A stretch of DNA of 64,000 nucleotides, from positions 17,422,001 through 17,486,000 of the forward strand of contig NC_043004.1 in assembly GCF_006345805.1 (NCBI RefSeq), written 5' to 3'. Both the position numbers and the translations under genes were made by a program. Positions 40,637 through 55,543 of this stretch are shown here, one piece after another. Position 1 is the stretch's first letter. Each line of letters begins with the position of its first letter. Below the pieces are notes generated by a model. That model was not told the origin of the DNA. It ran no database searches and worked only from the letters and a program-made list of their open reading frames with translations. The DNA comes from Octopus sinensis. Its lineage: Eukaryota.

Positions 40637-40815
40637 CTGTTGTGTCTGGTTACAGTCATTTTCTTTTTGTGCCTTATAATTTAACACACGTACCGGCAAA
40701 ATTTTCCACTTATCCACTTATTTCTTATATTTATAAGAAATAAGTAGAAAGTTTACCGGTGAGTGAGTTAAATTATAAGGCACAAAAAGAAAATGACTCT
40801 CCCCAGACACAACAG
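40637..40815. repeat. Fold-back hairpin, ~85-bp arms
   Basis: CTGTTGTGTCTGG..CATTTTCTTTTTGTGCCTTATAATTTAAC mirrored by GTTAAATTATAAGGCACAAAAAGAAAATG..CCAGACACAACAG; centre CTTATA-TT-TATAAG. Confidence 0.9.
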
Positions 40816-41040
40816 ATTATGCTTCAACACACGAACTCACATAAAGAATCTTGCAAACCAAATCTATAAACGATACACACACACACACACACACACACAT
40901 ACAATAATATGAGGGAGTAATTCATTTTTTGTACTTTTTGTGATCTAGTTATATGTTTTATAATATATTTATTTTTTTCTTTATGATTTGGTTTATGTCT
41001 ATCATTGCTTAAATTACATAATATTGATTTTTCTCTAATT

Positions 41041-41092
<52 letters not shown>

Positions 41093-41766
41093 ATCATACA
41101 TATATATAATATAATATATATATAATATATATATAGTGTGTGTCTGTGTTGTGCGTGTGTGTGCGTGTGTGTCTATGTATGTATATATGTATATATATAT
41201 GTAGGTCCTGGGTTGAGTCGGGGTTAACCACAGTAAATAAGGTACTCAATACATAGCAGAGTAAAGTAATTTATTTTATAGCTTCCTGAAGATTTCATCT
41301 GAATGAAACAGTTCTAGTCCTGTAGAAACTCCTTCTATAAAATAAAAAATATATGTATATATATATATAGAGAGAGAGATTCTTCATATTGAATTAGTAC
41401 CTTACTCTTGTAAGTATTTAAAAAAATACGAAAATGTTACAAGTATAAGGTGTGTTATGAGCATTTATAGAACATGTATCCTATGTAAACTCAACAAACG
41501 ATTAAAGAGGGAGAAAAGAAGATAAAAGTTTTATAAAATTTTAATCCATGCATACATCGCTTTGAATGGTAACACCAATATGTAAGAAACATAGAAAAAA
41601 TTAAATTAATTATATAATATATATAGTTGAAATTTAAAGAAAAAGAAAAAACACGGGTATATGAAGAACAACCATGTGTATTAGTTTGGGAAACATGAAA
41701 AAGTCTTTTACGTTTCTAGCCTACGCTTTTTAACGGAATGGAATAGAGAAGACACAGACACACATG

Positions 41767-41825
<59 letters not shown>

Positions 41826-42089
41826 TGTATGTATGCATGCATGTGTGTGATTTCGCCTCATAGGTAATTTTTCAATATATTTCAGGTGGTCTGAATAGTC
41901 TTAATTATTTCTGTTTTCATCAATTATCCTTCTACATATTTAACAGACACCATTAAACTTTTGACGAATTCGTTTTGATTACTACTTCTATTTCTTAATT
42001 TTTATGCTCCCACCTACGCCTTTCCTCACGTCAACAGATATGTAGATAATTTTAACTATATATTTCTTACATACCCTGCTATAACGCTA

Positions 42090-42128
<39 letters not shown>

Positions 42129-42540
42129 ACACACATACGAACACACATAAACACACAGACACTCACACACACGCACATAGATACACACATGCACGCGCAC
42201 ACACACATACGCACACACACAAATAGAATAAAAAAAACTGAAAATGGACTGAGAGACATTTAGTAATTTACGGTAAAATATTGTAAACAGCTGTTTTTAT
42301 TTATTAATTTTCTGTATACACATTAGCAATCTGCTAGATCATCCAGGTGGGGGCGCAATGGCCCAGTGGCTAGAGCGGCGGACTCGCGTTGGAGGATCAC
42401 GGTTTCATATGCCTTAGAAACCGGGAAACCGGGCCCATGAACCTGGCTAGGCTTGAAAAGGGCGCATAAAAATTTAAAAAATGAATCACCATTTATATAT
42501 ATACTCTGATAGGCGAGCTAGCACGGAATGAACTGAACGA

Positions 42541-42591
42541 GCTGACCTTACTGAAGATGGCTACCGAAATAGCCGAAACTGGCGGGTCAGC
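42541..42591 (+). ncRNA. Hammerhead-like motif in the left arm of the giant palindrome
   Basis: CTGAAGA-T-GGCTA(CCGAAA)TAGCC-GAAAC-TGGCGG-GTC. Extra U after A9; stem I is imperfect. Confidence 0.55.
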
Positions 42592-42857
42592 TATATATAT
42601 ACTTTATTTAAAGCAGCAGAAAATTCAACAAAACCCGTTACAAAACAGGTTTTGTTGAATTTTCTGCTGCTTTAAATAAAGCATATTACTCTACCACTGG
42701 TATTTGAATACTCTTTTTTCCACCTTGTTTCACATTTATGTGTTTACTCCGTGGTAGAGTAATATGCTTTATTTAAAGCAGCAGAAAATTCAACAAAACC
42801 TGTTTTGTAACGGGTTTTGTTGAATTTTCTGCTGCTTTAAATAAAGTATATATATAT

Positions 42858-42910
42858 AGCCTGACCCGCCAGTTTCGGCTATTTCGGTAGCCATCTTCAG
42901 TAAGGTCAGC
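42858..42910 (-). ncRNA. Hammerhead-like motif, mirror of 42541-42591
   Basis: Reverse-complement copy in the right arm, with one extra G after GTCAG. Confidence 0.55.
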
Positions 42911-43323
42911 TCGTTCAGTTCATTCCGTGCTAGCTCGCCTATCAGAGTATATATATAAATGGTGATTCATTTTTTAAATTTTTATGCGCCCTTTTCAAGC
43001 CTAGCCAGGTTCATGGGCCCGGTTTCCCGGTTTCTAAGGCATATGAAACCGTGATCCTCCAACCGCGAGTCCGCCGCTCTAGCCACTGGGCCATTGCGCC
43101 CCCACCTGGATGATCTAGCAGATTGCTAATGTGTATACAGAAAATTAATAAATAAAAACAGCTGTTTACAATATTTTACCGTAAATTACTAAATGTCTCT
43201 CAGTCCATTTTCAGTTTTTTTTATTCTATTTGTGTGTGTGCGTATGTGTGTGTGCGCGTGCATGTGTGTATCTATGTGCGTGTGTGTGAGTGTCTGTGTG
43301 TTTATGTGTGTTCGTATGTGTGT

Positions 43324-43356
<33 letters not shown>

Positions 43357-43872
43357 TAGCGTTATAGCAGGGTATGTAAGAAATATATAGTTAAAATTAT
43401 CTACATATCTGTTGACGTGAGGAAAGGCGTAGGTGGGAGCATAAAAATTAAGAAATAGAAGTAGTAATCAAAACGAATTCGTCAAAAGTTTAATGGTGTC
43501 TGTTAAATATGTAGAAGGATAATTGATGAAAACAGAAATAATTAAGACTATTCAGACCACCTGAAATATATTGAAAATTTAGATACATATAAAATTTAGA
43601 TACAGTTGAATATGGTACTGAGGTTAAAGGTACCAGAATTTAGTATGGTATTATCCATATAATTTAAAATGGGGTGATTACAATCAAAATAAGCAACAAG
43701 AATATCCAGAGGTAATGCCGTACGATCGTTTCATGCGCATCCATTTAATTGAACAATGCAAATATTACATCAATTTGTTACAAATTGATGTAATATTTGT
43801 ATTGTTCAATTAAATGGAGTCGCATGAAACGATCGTACTGCATTACCTCTGGATATCCTTGTTGCTTATTTT

Positions 43873-43903
<31 letters not shown>

Positions 43904-43917
43904 TACACACACACACA

Positions 43918-43993
<76 letters not shown>

Positions 43994-45113
43994 TATACTG
44001 TTAGGAAATTATATAAAACGGCAGATTTTCATGCTGCACTGTAAGGTCATGATGACGTCCATTGTCAAAATGGGGGAAGCTAAGTGTTATGAGCCAAACT
44101 GTGAATCTATAACAAATTGGCTAGACCTTAGCAAACCTTTATAAGCAGAGATAATTGTACACCCAGATTTTTTTTTTTTGTGAGACAAGGTTCAATTGGA
44201 TTCCGGAATCTATGATTGCCTGTTTAATTTATGCATCTTGTGCTTTGTTAGGCATTTATGGAATTATTTTATGCTCGCGGAATTCGCCAGAACTTTTTGC
44301 TTGTCAGTTTTAAAATAATTTCTGTGTCACATTTGGGTGAGTACAAAAATTTCTTAAGTTATGTTACTGTAATACTTATGTGAATTTTGAACCCTGCATT
44401 TGTGGCAGGTTGTGTAGTAACTTTGCTAGCTATTTTCTGTTAAGATAAATGTTGAAAAATTTGCATAAATAGCTAGAGGGTATATGAATTAAAATTTCAT
44501 GTAGCCAAGGTTTTTGTATTAAACAACTGACTATAAAGTTTGTATAATGGTTACTCACAAGCTTGTATGAAGCAGTTTTGTGTGAATTTAAAGCGAACTG
44601 GATTTTTTTGTTTGATTATTTAATTTTTTAAACTATAATTATTGATGTAGTCCGGCAGCTGTTTTGTGTTATGAACTTTTAGTTTAAATGGTTGCTTTGA
44701 CATTAGATTTATTTATGTTTAGGTCCAAGGTTCGAAAACCGAATTTGTGAATCCAAATTTTCGGAATCGATATTTTTTTGAAAACCAAATTTGTGAATCC
44801 AAGTTTGTGAAATCAATTTGGTGAAGCCAGGTTTCTGAGTCCCAATTTCTGAACTATATATATTTTACCCTTATAAATATTTTGACCGCACGTCTAATGT
44901 TGCAGTAATTTATTTTGTTCGTATATATTTGTTTTGTATGTAGGGTGTTTGTGTATGCTGACACCTAATTGTTTAATTGTTAATAATATGAAGAAAAAAA
45001 CTTCATGGTGTGTTGTTGTTTTGGATTCACCCCATCATTGTTGGTTGTATAAATTCGGGTTATAGGCACCAGGTCGTAAAAATACATACATACATTTATG
45101 TATATATATATAT

Positions 45114-45910
45114 ACAGGGTGAGGTAAATGAATTGTCTAAATTGCGCAAAAGCGAAAATAACACTGACATCTCATTTTAACAGATATATTTACCAAAATT
45201 ACATAAACATATCTTGAAATATTAAAGAGTAAATTTATTCAAGAAAATCCATATTAGCTTCAACCACGGACTCCAGACGAATTCGGAATCTACTGCAAAT
45301 CTTTTGGAAGGTCTCCTTTAAGTTGGTGATTGCTGCTATACTTTTTGTCTTCAGTTCATCTTGGCTGTCACAAGGAATTTTGTTGGTCTCTCACACAACT
45401 GCACTCTGCACATAATAACCAAGGGTGTTGCAGTCTGGGGATTTAGGTGGCTAGATGTTAGGGGTGATGTGGTCGCAGAAATTGTCTGACAGCCATGACT
45501 CGGTTCTCCTGCTTGTATGACATGGTGCAGAGTCCTATTGCCAGACATAGGGTTTTCCAACAGCTACCCTCTTGACCCAGGGCAGCACTACCTCCGTGTG
45601 AGAAGATGAACGGAGGTATAGCGTCGCCATCACTAGTGATCACTACAAACACCATGAAGTTGACTGGATGTTTGATTTTTATTACTCTCGGTACTTCTTT
45701 TAGGGACTCAGATTGACACCGAACACTGAAATGTTCGTATTCGAGCTTCCGGTGCGAATGCCAAACTGTACAATGCGTCGTTTCCAAATTTCTGGTTGAC
45801 TGAATTGCGTCATGGTGCTGTTTTTCTGATCCTACTATACTGTGTAGTCGACAAAACCAAAAACAATGCGCAAAATTGAAAATGTATAATGTCAACAATT
45901 TACCTATCGC
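45114..45910 (-). mobile_element. Tc1/mariner-superfamily relic, maT (Bmmar1-like) type
   Basis: KIKHPVNFMVFVVITSDGDAIPPFIF and PPKSPDCNTLGYY..RLESVVEAN; terminus TA|CAGGGTG. Confidence 0.75.
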
Positions 45911-46399
45911 ACACACATACGCGCACATGCGCGCCCGCACATGCGCGCCCGCACACGCACATGCGCGCCCGCACACGCACACAAACACACTCACGTATAG
46001 ACATATTTTGAATATTAGATTTAAAGTATAATATCAAATCAATGGAGGGTTAAAGTAGGTTAAATCGTAGTTCTCACTTGTTTTCTCACGTTTCAACAAT
46101 GGCTTCTTTACCATGTGAAATCGATGAAGAAATTTGTTTATTGAATTCCATATTCACTCACCTGAAATCTATTATACAACTACAATGTTGCATTGTTGCA
46201 CGAGGCCATCAGGTTTAAGTCATGTCTCTCTAATGAAGAGACTCTTCATTATCGAGTCTATCAAAATTGATATCAACCAGCATGCGATGTTCCGTCTGAA
46301 GGAATGTGCACGACCTATGTGCCTATATAATTCTGTCCAAATTCTTCTTTAACAGATGTTAAACAAATGTTTTAATTGGAAATCATTTCCTGGCTGAAG

Positions 46400-47745
46400 C
46401 TGGAAACCACATCATACATACATACATGCACATATACATACATGCACATATACATACATGCACACATACATAGGAAAATAATTTGGCCACAAGAAACGTT
46501 CATATTTGGTTGTTGATCGTGGAAAATCAGTGTCCCAGACCCAATACTGACCATCCTGTCCCGTACAAAGAATGCTACAAGTAACTAGGCATTGATGAAA
46601 ATATATCACACGATGGTACAGTGAATAAAAATCGAGTGACTCGAGACTTCTATGCCAGACTTGGAAAAATATGGCAGACGTAACTCTCCTCTTACAAGAA
46701 GACAATATCCCATAATGCATTTGCAGTACCAGTGCCGATCCCAGCATTTGGCAAACTTAGCTGTTGTTCAGAGTAAATCCACTCTATAGATTTTAAAACC
46801 CGCAAGATACTGACATCAACAGGAAATCTTCACAGAAATAGTGATATCGACAAACTAAGAATAAATGAAGGAGGTATAACAGTGAGATCAGTGCAGACAG
46901 CCTTCGCAGACATCACTTGTTAAATAACAGCGACAAAAATAAATATATAAACTTAGTGCTGAAAAGCGAGGAGGACAGCAGTGAGCTGCACAGGAAGCAC
47001 TCTCTTCCTGATGACCTCCCATACAGCCCCCTCCCCCAAATAACATACCTCAGAGAAGGCCTGGATGTGAAACAGTCAGCATATATAAAAAAAAGAAACA
47101 AGAAAAGAATAACAGGACCATGCATGGATATGCTTGAAGACTTGGAAGAAGACAGTGATATCAACATGAAGCGAAACCTCTCTTGAATCGTGACCGCTAC
47201 GTCACATCACGCTTGCGATCCAAAAACAGCAGATTGCTACGAAATACCTTATGAACAAAAGGGACAGTGAAGTCCTTGGAGCTCCAAGATGCAAACGCAA
47301 AATTTAGAAAATGTCATGTTTTTTGTGGAAGATACTACACATGTGATTAGTAGCTGTCCAAATATGTAATCAAGGTACTATCGCCCTATGCGATACACCG
47401 TTGTCGCAGAAACAATATAAAATGCCATCCTGATAAAAGAGTGTCCTGGAATAAATATAAAAAAATTCCCGTCATTGACTACATGCACAAATATCAACAC
47501 GAGGAATACTGATGGAACATTCTCACCAAAACATTTATTAAGTGTAAACATAACGGACCGGATATTGTTGTTTGGAACTGAGAAAAATAGTATGTGTGGT
47601 CATAGAGGTCAGCTGTCCTGTTGACTTGAATATCTCTTTGAAAATCAAAGAGAAAGAAGATATTATGGGCATCTACTTCGCAACTCACTGCTTCTATATC
47701 GAGGTGATAAATTTATATACATTTGTACCAATAATCCTTTCTATT
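46400..47745 (+). mobile_element. Lineage E copy, decayed
   Basis: Similar to the reverse complement of 16880-18505; includes KHNGPDIVVW, IEVSCPVDLNISLKIKEKED and FVPIILSIG. Confidence 0.8.
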
Positions 47746-50081
47746 GGAAGTACAAGGCCCCAAAATTTGTGGGGAGGGATTAAGTCGTTTACATCGACTC
47801 CGGTGCATAACTGGTACTTATTTAATCGACACCGAAAGGATGAAAGGCAAAGTCGACTACTGCGGAATTTGAACTCAGAACATAGCAACGGACGAAATGT
47901 TGTTGTTTGTTCCTTCTCGAGCCATGCCTGGCTCACAAGGGCCGGTCCCCGGTTTCATGCTGTTAGATGCAGGAGAAAAGAGTGAAAATTGTCGCGAAAG
48001 AGTCAGCAGAAGTTCGCCATTACCTTCTGCCCCAGCCTCGCGGAGCTTAGGTGTTTCGCTCATAAACACACACATAGCCTGATCTGAGATTCGAACCGCG
48101 ATCCCTCAACCGCGAGTCTGCTGCTCTAACCACTAGGCCATGTGCTTCCACAAACAGACGAAATACCTATTTCTTTACTACCCACAAGGGGCTAAACACT
48201 GAGAGGACAAACAAGGACAGACAAACGAATTTAGTCGATTATATCGACCCCAGTGCGTAAATGGTACTTATTTAATCGACCCCGAAAGGATGAAAGGCAA
48301 ACTCGACCTCGGTCGGAATTTGAACTCAGAACGTAATGGCATACGAAATACTTATTTCTTTACTACCCACAAGGGGCTAAACACAGAGGAGATAAACAAG
48401 GACAGACGGACAGATTAGGTTAATTATATCGACCCCAGTGCGGTAGATGGTCGCATAGAGGCATAACAGTAAGACCGGCTTACTTCATCAGGAAGAAAAC
48501 TTGGCAAATAGTTATGGAACGGAATTCAGAACCACACATTTTAGAAGAACATCTATTTTTCATGCGGTAGTAATTTTAAACAGAATTGTTATAAGATTCT
48601 CGCTTTGAAACTGTAAAACTGTAAATTTAGAAAATGTTTATTGATTAGAATGAAATTATGCAACGAGTTTGTCTCAATTTCGCATGACATACTAAATTCC
48701 TGATTTTAGGCTATAAATCAATCACGTTGAATAACCTATATTCTAACCTTTAACTTAGACAAACAAAAGTAAATGAGTTGTTAGATCCTTAAGCACCAGT
48801 TATAGTATCAAAAACTAAGATCTCATTAAACAAGCGACATAAATCTCATTAATCAAATCCTAGCTTAGATTCTTTAAAAAAGCCACTTCCTACTTCATCT
48901 AATTCCATTAATATACCAAGAAAGTGCAAAATAATTACGCAATAAGAAAAACCATATTCACCCTTACAATTCCCCTCAGCAAGACAGAAGTCATCATACA
49001 TCTATCAAAAGCCACAATTACACTATCACGTATTTCCGTTCCAGACAATAAGTCCGCCATATTAGCAACTAAATCATAAGTATCATCTCATTTTCCATCA
49101 AGAAATAAAAATTCACACCTTCCCAACCTACGCTAATTTGCTTACCATTTTCACACTATCACCCTCACAAAATCACACACATTACCCGATTTCCGTGAAG
49201 AAATCCTATTCTCTCTCTCTCTTATAACATCAAAACCTACGCACAATTTTTTTCATATGCAAACGATTGAACTGTCCATCCATATATTCCAATACCTCAC
49301 TGTCAGCTGAGTAATTCTCGGAAATGTCAGTCGCGAACACCAGGTTAGAAATATTTCACCTATTTCTTGCCAAGTCGTTTGTATCTATTTTGCCATATGT
49401 ACATGTGTGTGTGTGTGTCTCAGTGTGGTTCCGTCTAGTAATGGCCGTGAATACAAGGGAGGTAGCTGTTCTTTTACAAAATGAAACAGTACAAATAAGT
49501 TGAATTTGAAATTAAGGAATACGTCATGCACAGAAACACAGAAATCACATATTTAATTTGATTTAGCTTTTTATCGTTTTTTATCCTTTTGTTTTTATTT
49601 TTATACACAAACTCACATACGCATACACGCCTATTCACACGCATCTGATTTTCGTCTTACGTCTTACTTTACGTCACTACAACATTCAAGTGACAGTTGC
49701 CCTCTCTTGATATTCGGGTTTCTTAACAAATGAAAGAGCGGCATTTTTATACAACATTCTAATAACAACAACAGGAAGAGGCCAAGGAAAAATAATTATA
49801 GACAAAAGAATTAACTTGTTTCATTCTACATAAAACCAGGTGAATATCGAACGAAGATAGTTCTCGCCTGAACATCGAAATGGCGTGAAATCTGAGGCAA
49901 GAAAGAAAAATTACACTTAATATAGGTAGATATGATATAATATGTATTGAATACTTTCTTCGACATTCGTTGCTATAAATTGGTTTATAATCATGAGAGG
50001 CATTTTTCCAGCCCACACAGCCTCGCATACACGCGCGCACTCGCACCTCAAATGTTAAAAACAAATCATTATGTATTTCTT

Positions 50082-50202
50082 GGAAAGTGAACTTCCTGTT
50101 GCAACTTCCTATTTGCCAAAGCCGCTTCCAACTTAAAGTATCGGAATATATATGTGTGCTGTACTTTATGATGCATTTGCATGAATGACATCCTTGACGT
50201 CA
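50082..50202. promoter_or_regulatory. Candidate cis-regulatory motif cluster
   Basis: Within 120 bp of repeat-poor DNA: two ACTTCCT (ETS-like), GAAAGTGAA (IRF-like), ATTTGCAT (octamer, 50175-50182) and TGACGTCA (CRE, 50195-50202). Confidence 0.3.
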
Positions 50203-50817
50203 TCAAACAGATCTAAGAGTAACTGTCGACAACAACTTAAACTGAAATGCTTACGGAAATAGCAAAGTTGACGTAACCTGGATCCTCAAAATTTTTCGGT
50301 CTAGAGACACTCTCACCGTTATCCTTAGTTATCCTGAGTTAGTTGGAATCGATCAAGAGTTCCATTTTTCTTCAGTTTTGGTAAAAGGATGTTTTGTGAC
50401 TGGCTATTTGAGATGCTGTTTTTTTTTTCATTTTGAATCTGTATGCCTGTGTATGTGTGTCCCCGTAAGTGTGTGTGTATGTGTTGCATTTTTAAACAAA
50501 GCATATGTGAGACAGTGTTTCGAGAAGAAAGGCTAAAAAAATAATAAAGGGATGTATGCTGATTGTTTAATAAATAACTTTCCAGTAATTGTAATAACAG
50601 TAACAAGAGCATCATTAATAATATCCAGTAATTATTTGGTTTGGTTTAACTAGAAAAGTAATTATTTTAATATTTCTTCATATTCTTTAAATATGCTTTT
50701 TACATTAAGTCTTGAGAGATACAAAGGTGGAAAGGCACCAGGGACTTAAGAAGACTCAGAACGGCGCGCACGCACGCACGCACGCAAACACACATATGTA
50801 CATATATATATATGTAT

Positions 50818-51238
50818 AGGCGTAGGAGTGGCTGTGTGGTAAGTAGCTTGCTTACGAACCACATGGTTCCAGCTTCAGCCCCATTGCGTGGCACCTTGGG
50901 CAAGTGTCTTCTATAGCCTCGGGCAAACCAAAGCCTTGTGAGTGGATTTGGTAGACGGAAACTGAAAGAAGCCCGTCGTATTTATGTATGTGTATATATA
51001 TATATATGTATATATATATATGTGTATATGTTTGATTGTCTATGTTTCTCCCCCCCCCCCCTAACATCGCTTGACAACCTATGCTGGTGTGTTTACGTCC
51101 CCGTAAATTAGCGGTTCGGCAAAATATACGATAGAATAAGTACTAGGCTTACAAAGAATAAGTCCTGGGGTCGATTTGCTCGACTAAAGGCGGTGCTCAG
51201 CATGGCCACAGTCACTTGAGTGAAACAAGTAAAAGCGT
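50818..51238 (+). mobile_element. SINE family A copy
   Basis: Full head, microsatellite and tail. Confidence 0.9.
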
Positions 51239-51707
51239 ATGTATATATATATATAATATACACACACACACATATATATACATAGATATATACATGTATG
51301 TATATATATATACACTCAAACATACCTACATATACACACATATTTATATGAAATGACACACACCATACAGTATCATTTCAGCTTATTTTTCCTTTTCCTA
51401 TCAACTTTCAGGTATTCCCTCGAAATATTTATTTTCCTTCCTACAAATACATCCTTTTCTGGGGAAACATTAAAGATCCTTCTGCAAACATAGCAGATAA
51501 AACTGATAAATACTATGAGGCGTAGTGTTATCCAATCTTAATGGAAGAAAATATTCTTATATGGTCTCCCGAAAAGTTTGTGCAGGCCGTAACATCTAGT
51601 GTAAGAGCAGGGAACTCAAAAGTAGTTACGATTGGAGCTATAACTGTGGTATATACATACATATTTATGAATATGTATGTATGTATGTATGTATACATGC
51701 ACACACA

Positions 51708-51739
<32 letters not shown>

Positions 51740-51895
51740 TATATTATTTTATTCATTTACTTGTTTCAGTCATATAACTGCGGCCATGGTGGAGTACCGT
51801 CTTGAAGGGGTTTAGTCGAATAAATTGACTCCAGAACTTATTCTTTGTAAGCCTTGTTACAGGGACATAAACACCAGCATCGGTTGTCAAGCGAG

Positions 51896-51933
<38 letters not shown>

Positions 51934-52448
51934 GTAGATAAATACATGCATACACTCACACACGCACACACACACACACACACTCATATATATTTATATA
52001 TATATACGACGAGCTTTTTTCAGTTTCCGTGTACCGAATCCATCCATAAAGTTTTTGGTCAGCCCGAGGATATAGTAAAAAATACATGCCAAGGTGCCAA
52101 GCAGTGGAACTGAACCCGGAACCATGTGGTTGATAAGCAAGCTACTTACCACATATATGTATGTGTGAGTTTAGGTGCATAATTGAGAATAATAACTTTG
52201 GCCTGCAAGCTCGTTTCACAATTTACTTCGTAGAATATCTTTAAAGTATCACTTTAACTGGCACACCGCCGCAAGATATCGTGATTATAACATGCTCTAC
52301 TTTCCAAAAGTATTGAGTCCTTCCTGCGAAATACGCTGTCCCATTTCTTATACTCAGATATAACTTTGTGTGTGTGTGTGAGTGTACTGTATCTGCTTGT
52401 GAGTGTGCCTGTATGTGTAGAAATAGGAAGAGAGAAGGTGTGAAAAAA

Positions 52449-52501
<53 letters not shown>

Positions 52502-52807
52502 ACATATGAGATCGAGAGAGAATAAAAGAAAATGATGTCCCGAAAGAAAAGAAGAAATTAATAGAAGGACAAGATAAGTAAAAGATATTTACGAAAGAAA
52601 CAACAGCAAAACAGCTTAACTCGGGTTTGGAATTTGTTTGGAAAAATATTTCTATAAGGCTTTCTAAAAACAAATTTGAACAAGTATTGTTGTTTCTTTT
52701 TAGTTTTTCTCTCTCTAACGCTGTAATGCGAAAGTCTTCAGTGGAGTGAAAACATGCTGATGTATAAATAGATCAACAATATAGTAAGGAAATACATACG
52801 TGCATGT

Positions 52808-53197
<390 letters not shown>

Positions 53198-53436
53198 AAA
53201 ATATATATGTATCTGCATGTGTGTGCGTATCTGCTTGTCTACCTTTGTATATTTATGAGAGCCCTTACACGCGCGCGCGCGCACACACACACACACATAC
53301 ATACATACATATATATATATTAATTTATTTAAGGTGAGAGACAGAGGGAGAGAGAAATAAGGAGAGAGTAATAGATAGAATGACGAAGGGGTACATAAGG
53401 AGATGAACTGGCAAGAATATAGGTATATAGACACAC

Positions 53437-53482
<46 letters not shown>

Positions 53483-54533
53483 AGTGAGAGCATCATAAGG
53501 GAAGAGAGAGAGGAATAAATAGATAGGCAGATGGATAGATAGATGGATAGATATATAGATAGATAGATTGCAAGAAGACTGATTGCAAGAAGATAGATTG
53601 CAGGAAGCAATATATATATATAATATATTATATATATATATAATATATCAGGTGTAGGTAGGTGAAATTGGTGAAGAATGAAGAGTAGGAATAGTCCAAA
53701 AGATAGTGAAAGTAAAACAAGAAAGTAGTTTCGGCGTGTTTCTTTGTGTGTGTGTGTGTGATAGAGTGGGAGTGTGTGTGTGTGATAGAGTGGGAGTGTG
53801 TGTGTGTGATAGAGTGGGAGTGTGTGTGTGTGTGTAGATTAATAAAGAAGCCAGTGAAAGATAAAGAGTGCGTGTGTGAGAGAAATATCAAAATAGGATA
53901 GAATGGAAGTAAGGCGGTGTCAGTGGGTCCTGTGTGCATGGAGAGAGAAAGAGAGATAGGGGAGGGAAAGCGAGAGAAAGAGGGGCGTGTGTGAAAGAGA
54001 GAGAGACACACACACAGAAAGAGAGAGTGTGATTGAGAGAGGTATTAAGCTAAGAAACAGTTTAAGAGAAGGAGAAAGAAAATTTGCAAGGGGGACGCAA
54101 CAGAGTTAATGCTGTATCAAAATAGAATTAGGAACATACACACAATACACACACACACACACTGTGTATGCATATGTATATATATATTCCTTCTTCCCTT
54201 CTTTCCTGAGCGTCCAATAATACTTTATTTGTTCCACGTCCTCGCGTTGTTGTGTTTTTTTGTTGTTTTTTTTTGTGTTTTCTTGTTTGGATTAACTATA
54301 TATATATATATATTATATATATATATATGTACGTATATACACGCACGCACATATACGTGAAGAATGGTGTAACATGTAGAAAGAAGTGAAGAGGGAGAGA
54401 CGAAAGTAAGAAAGTTGAAGGAGAGGGAATAATACATCAGATAAATAAATAGAAAAAGTGAAGGAGAGAGGGAGAGAGAGAACGAAAGAAGACAGAGAAA
54501 AAGAGAAAATGAGAATAACAGAGAGGCAAAGTG

Positions 54534-54568
<35 letters not shown>

Positions 54569-55105
54569 AAAAATCGTAGAGACAAATACTGCGATGAAGA
54601 GATAAACAGATAGACAGACAAATAAAGAGGAAAAGTTGGAGGAGAACTGAGCAGACGGTAGTCATGAGGGACGTGTAAAGTTAAGTCGCGAGGTTGCAGG
54701 AAAGACAAAAAAAAAAAAAAAAAAGAAGGAAACTTATATTTATACTTGGGAGCAAAGAAATTCGAAAGGAAAGCAACACGTACGCACAAGAATAATAATA
54801 ATAATAATAAAAAAAAGCAAACCATCTGAAATTTGCCACTCAAGAGAATTATCCACAATTATTGTTATTGTTATAATAGACGCCACACGGTATACAGTAT
54901 CGCGAGGTTTTTGATTGAAGATATTGTATCTACCGGGGGTTTGTACTTTTTAATCAAGTAGCAGCAACAAGGGACCTCAGACAGGATAAAATAAGTACCA
55001 GTTGAACACTGAGGTCGATGTAATCGACTTACCCCCCTCCCCGCAAAAGTGCTGGCCTTGTGCCTACAGCAGAAATATAAAAACGAATTATAATTATAGT
55101 CATCA

Positions 55106-55157
<52 letters not shown>

Positions 55158-55440
55158 ATTTTCATCACCGCTATCGTTATCATCATCATCGTCGTCGTCG
55201 GCATCATCATGATCATCACTACCATCATATATTAATATCACAAACCGCTTACTTTTACGAAAATAACTTGACGTTTTGAAATTAAAAAAAAAAAATCTAT
55301 ACGGATATAAATATATATATATATATCAAATATACCTCTATCTCAAGTTAAAATACAACAGAAAGATCAACAAAACAAAATTGATATCTATTATTAATTA
55401 AAAAAATAAACAATTTCAAAAAGTAACGACCGTTTGGAAC

Positions 55441-55543
55441 ATGGAAAATGTCAGTGAAATATCGTCTGCTAACAGCAGTAACATGGAGTACGTATGGACA
55501 GCTCGTGAAAGTTACGTTGTTGGTGGTTACTTTATTATAACAG
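55441..55543 (+). CDS. First coding exon of an opsin-like class A GPCR (peropsin/group-4 opsin-like)
   Basis: ATG in AACATGG context with an upstream in-frame TAA at 55399. Encodes MENVSEISSANSSNMEYVWTARESYVVGGYFIIT plus 1 nt of Gly, then a consensus donor CAG|GTAAGT. Two N-glycosylation sequons (NVS, NSS) and a TM1-like start. The Y-x4-G| phase-1 junction matches my recollection of exon 1 in peropsin (VATYLIMAG) and Opn5 (FYLTIIG). No exon 2 was recognisable in the window. Confidence 0.65.

Larger units (their letters stand above)
41866..43579. repeat. Giant inverted repeat: ~830-bp arms, 53-bp spacer (42698-42750)
   Basis: 41866-42697 is the reverse complement of 42751-43579 apart from a few 1-nt indels and microsatellite length differences. 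Each arm holds its own ~80-bp hairpin (TTTATTTAAAGCAGCAGAAAATTCAACAAAACC..GGTTTTGTTGAATTTTCTGCTGCTTTAAATAAA). Confidence 0.95.

Noticed and set aside
44700-44860. Short CCAAATTTGTGAA-like repeats suggesting an array
   Set aside because: Irregular, degenerate units with no constant repeat and unique spacer pattern; not CRISPR-like, probably the interior of a DNA transposon.
48460-48495. CTGATGA-AGTAAG..CTTACT on the minus strand
   Set aside because: Good stem II, but it is followed by GTTA rather than GAAA.
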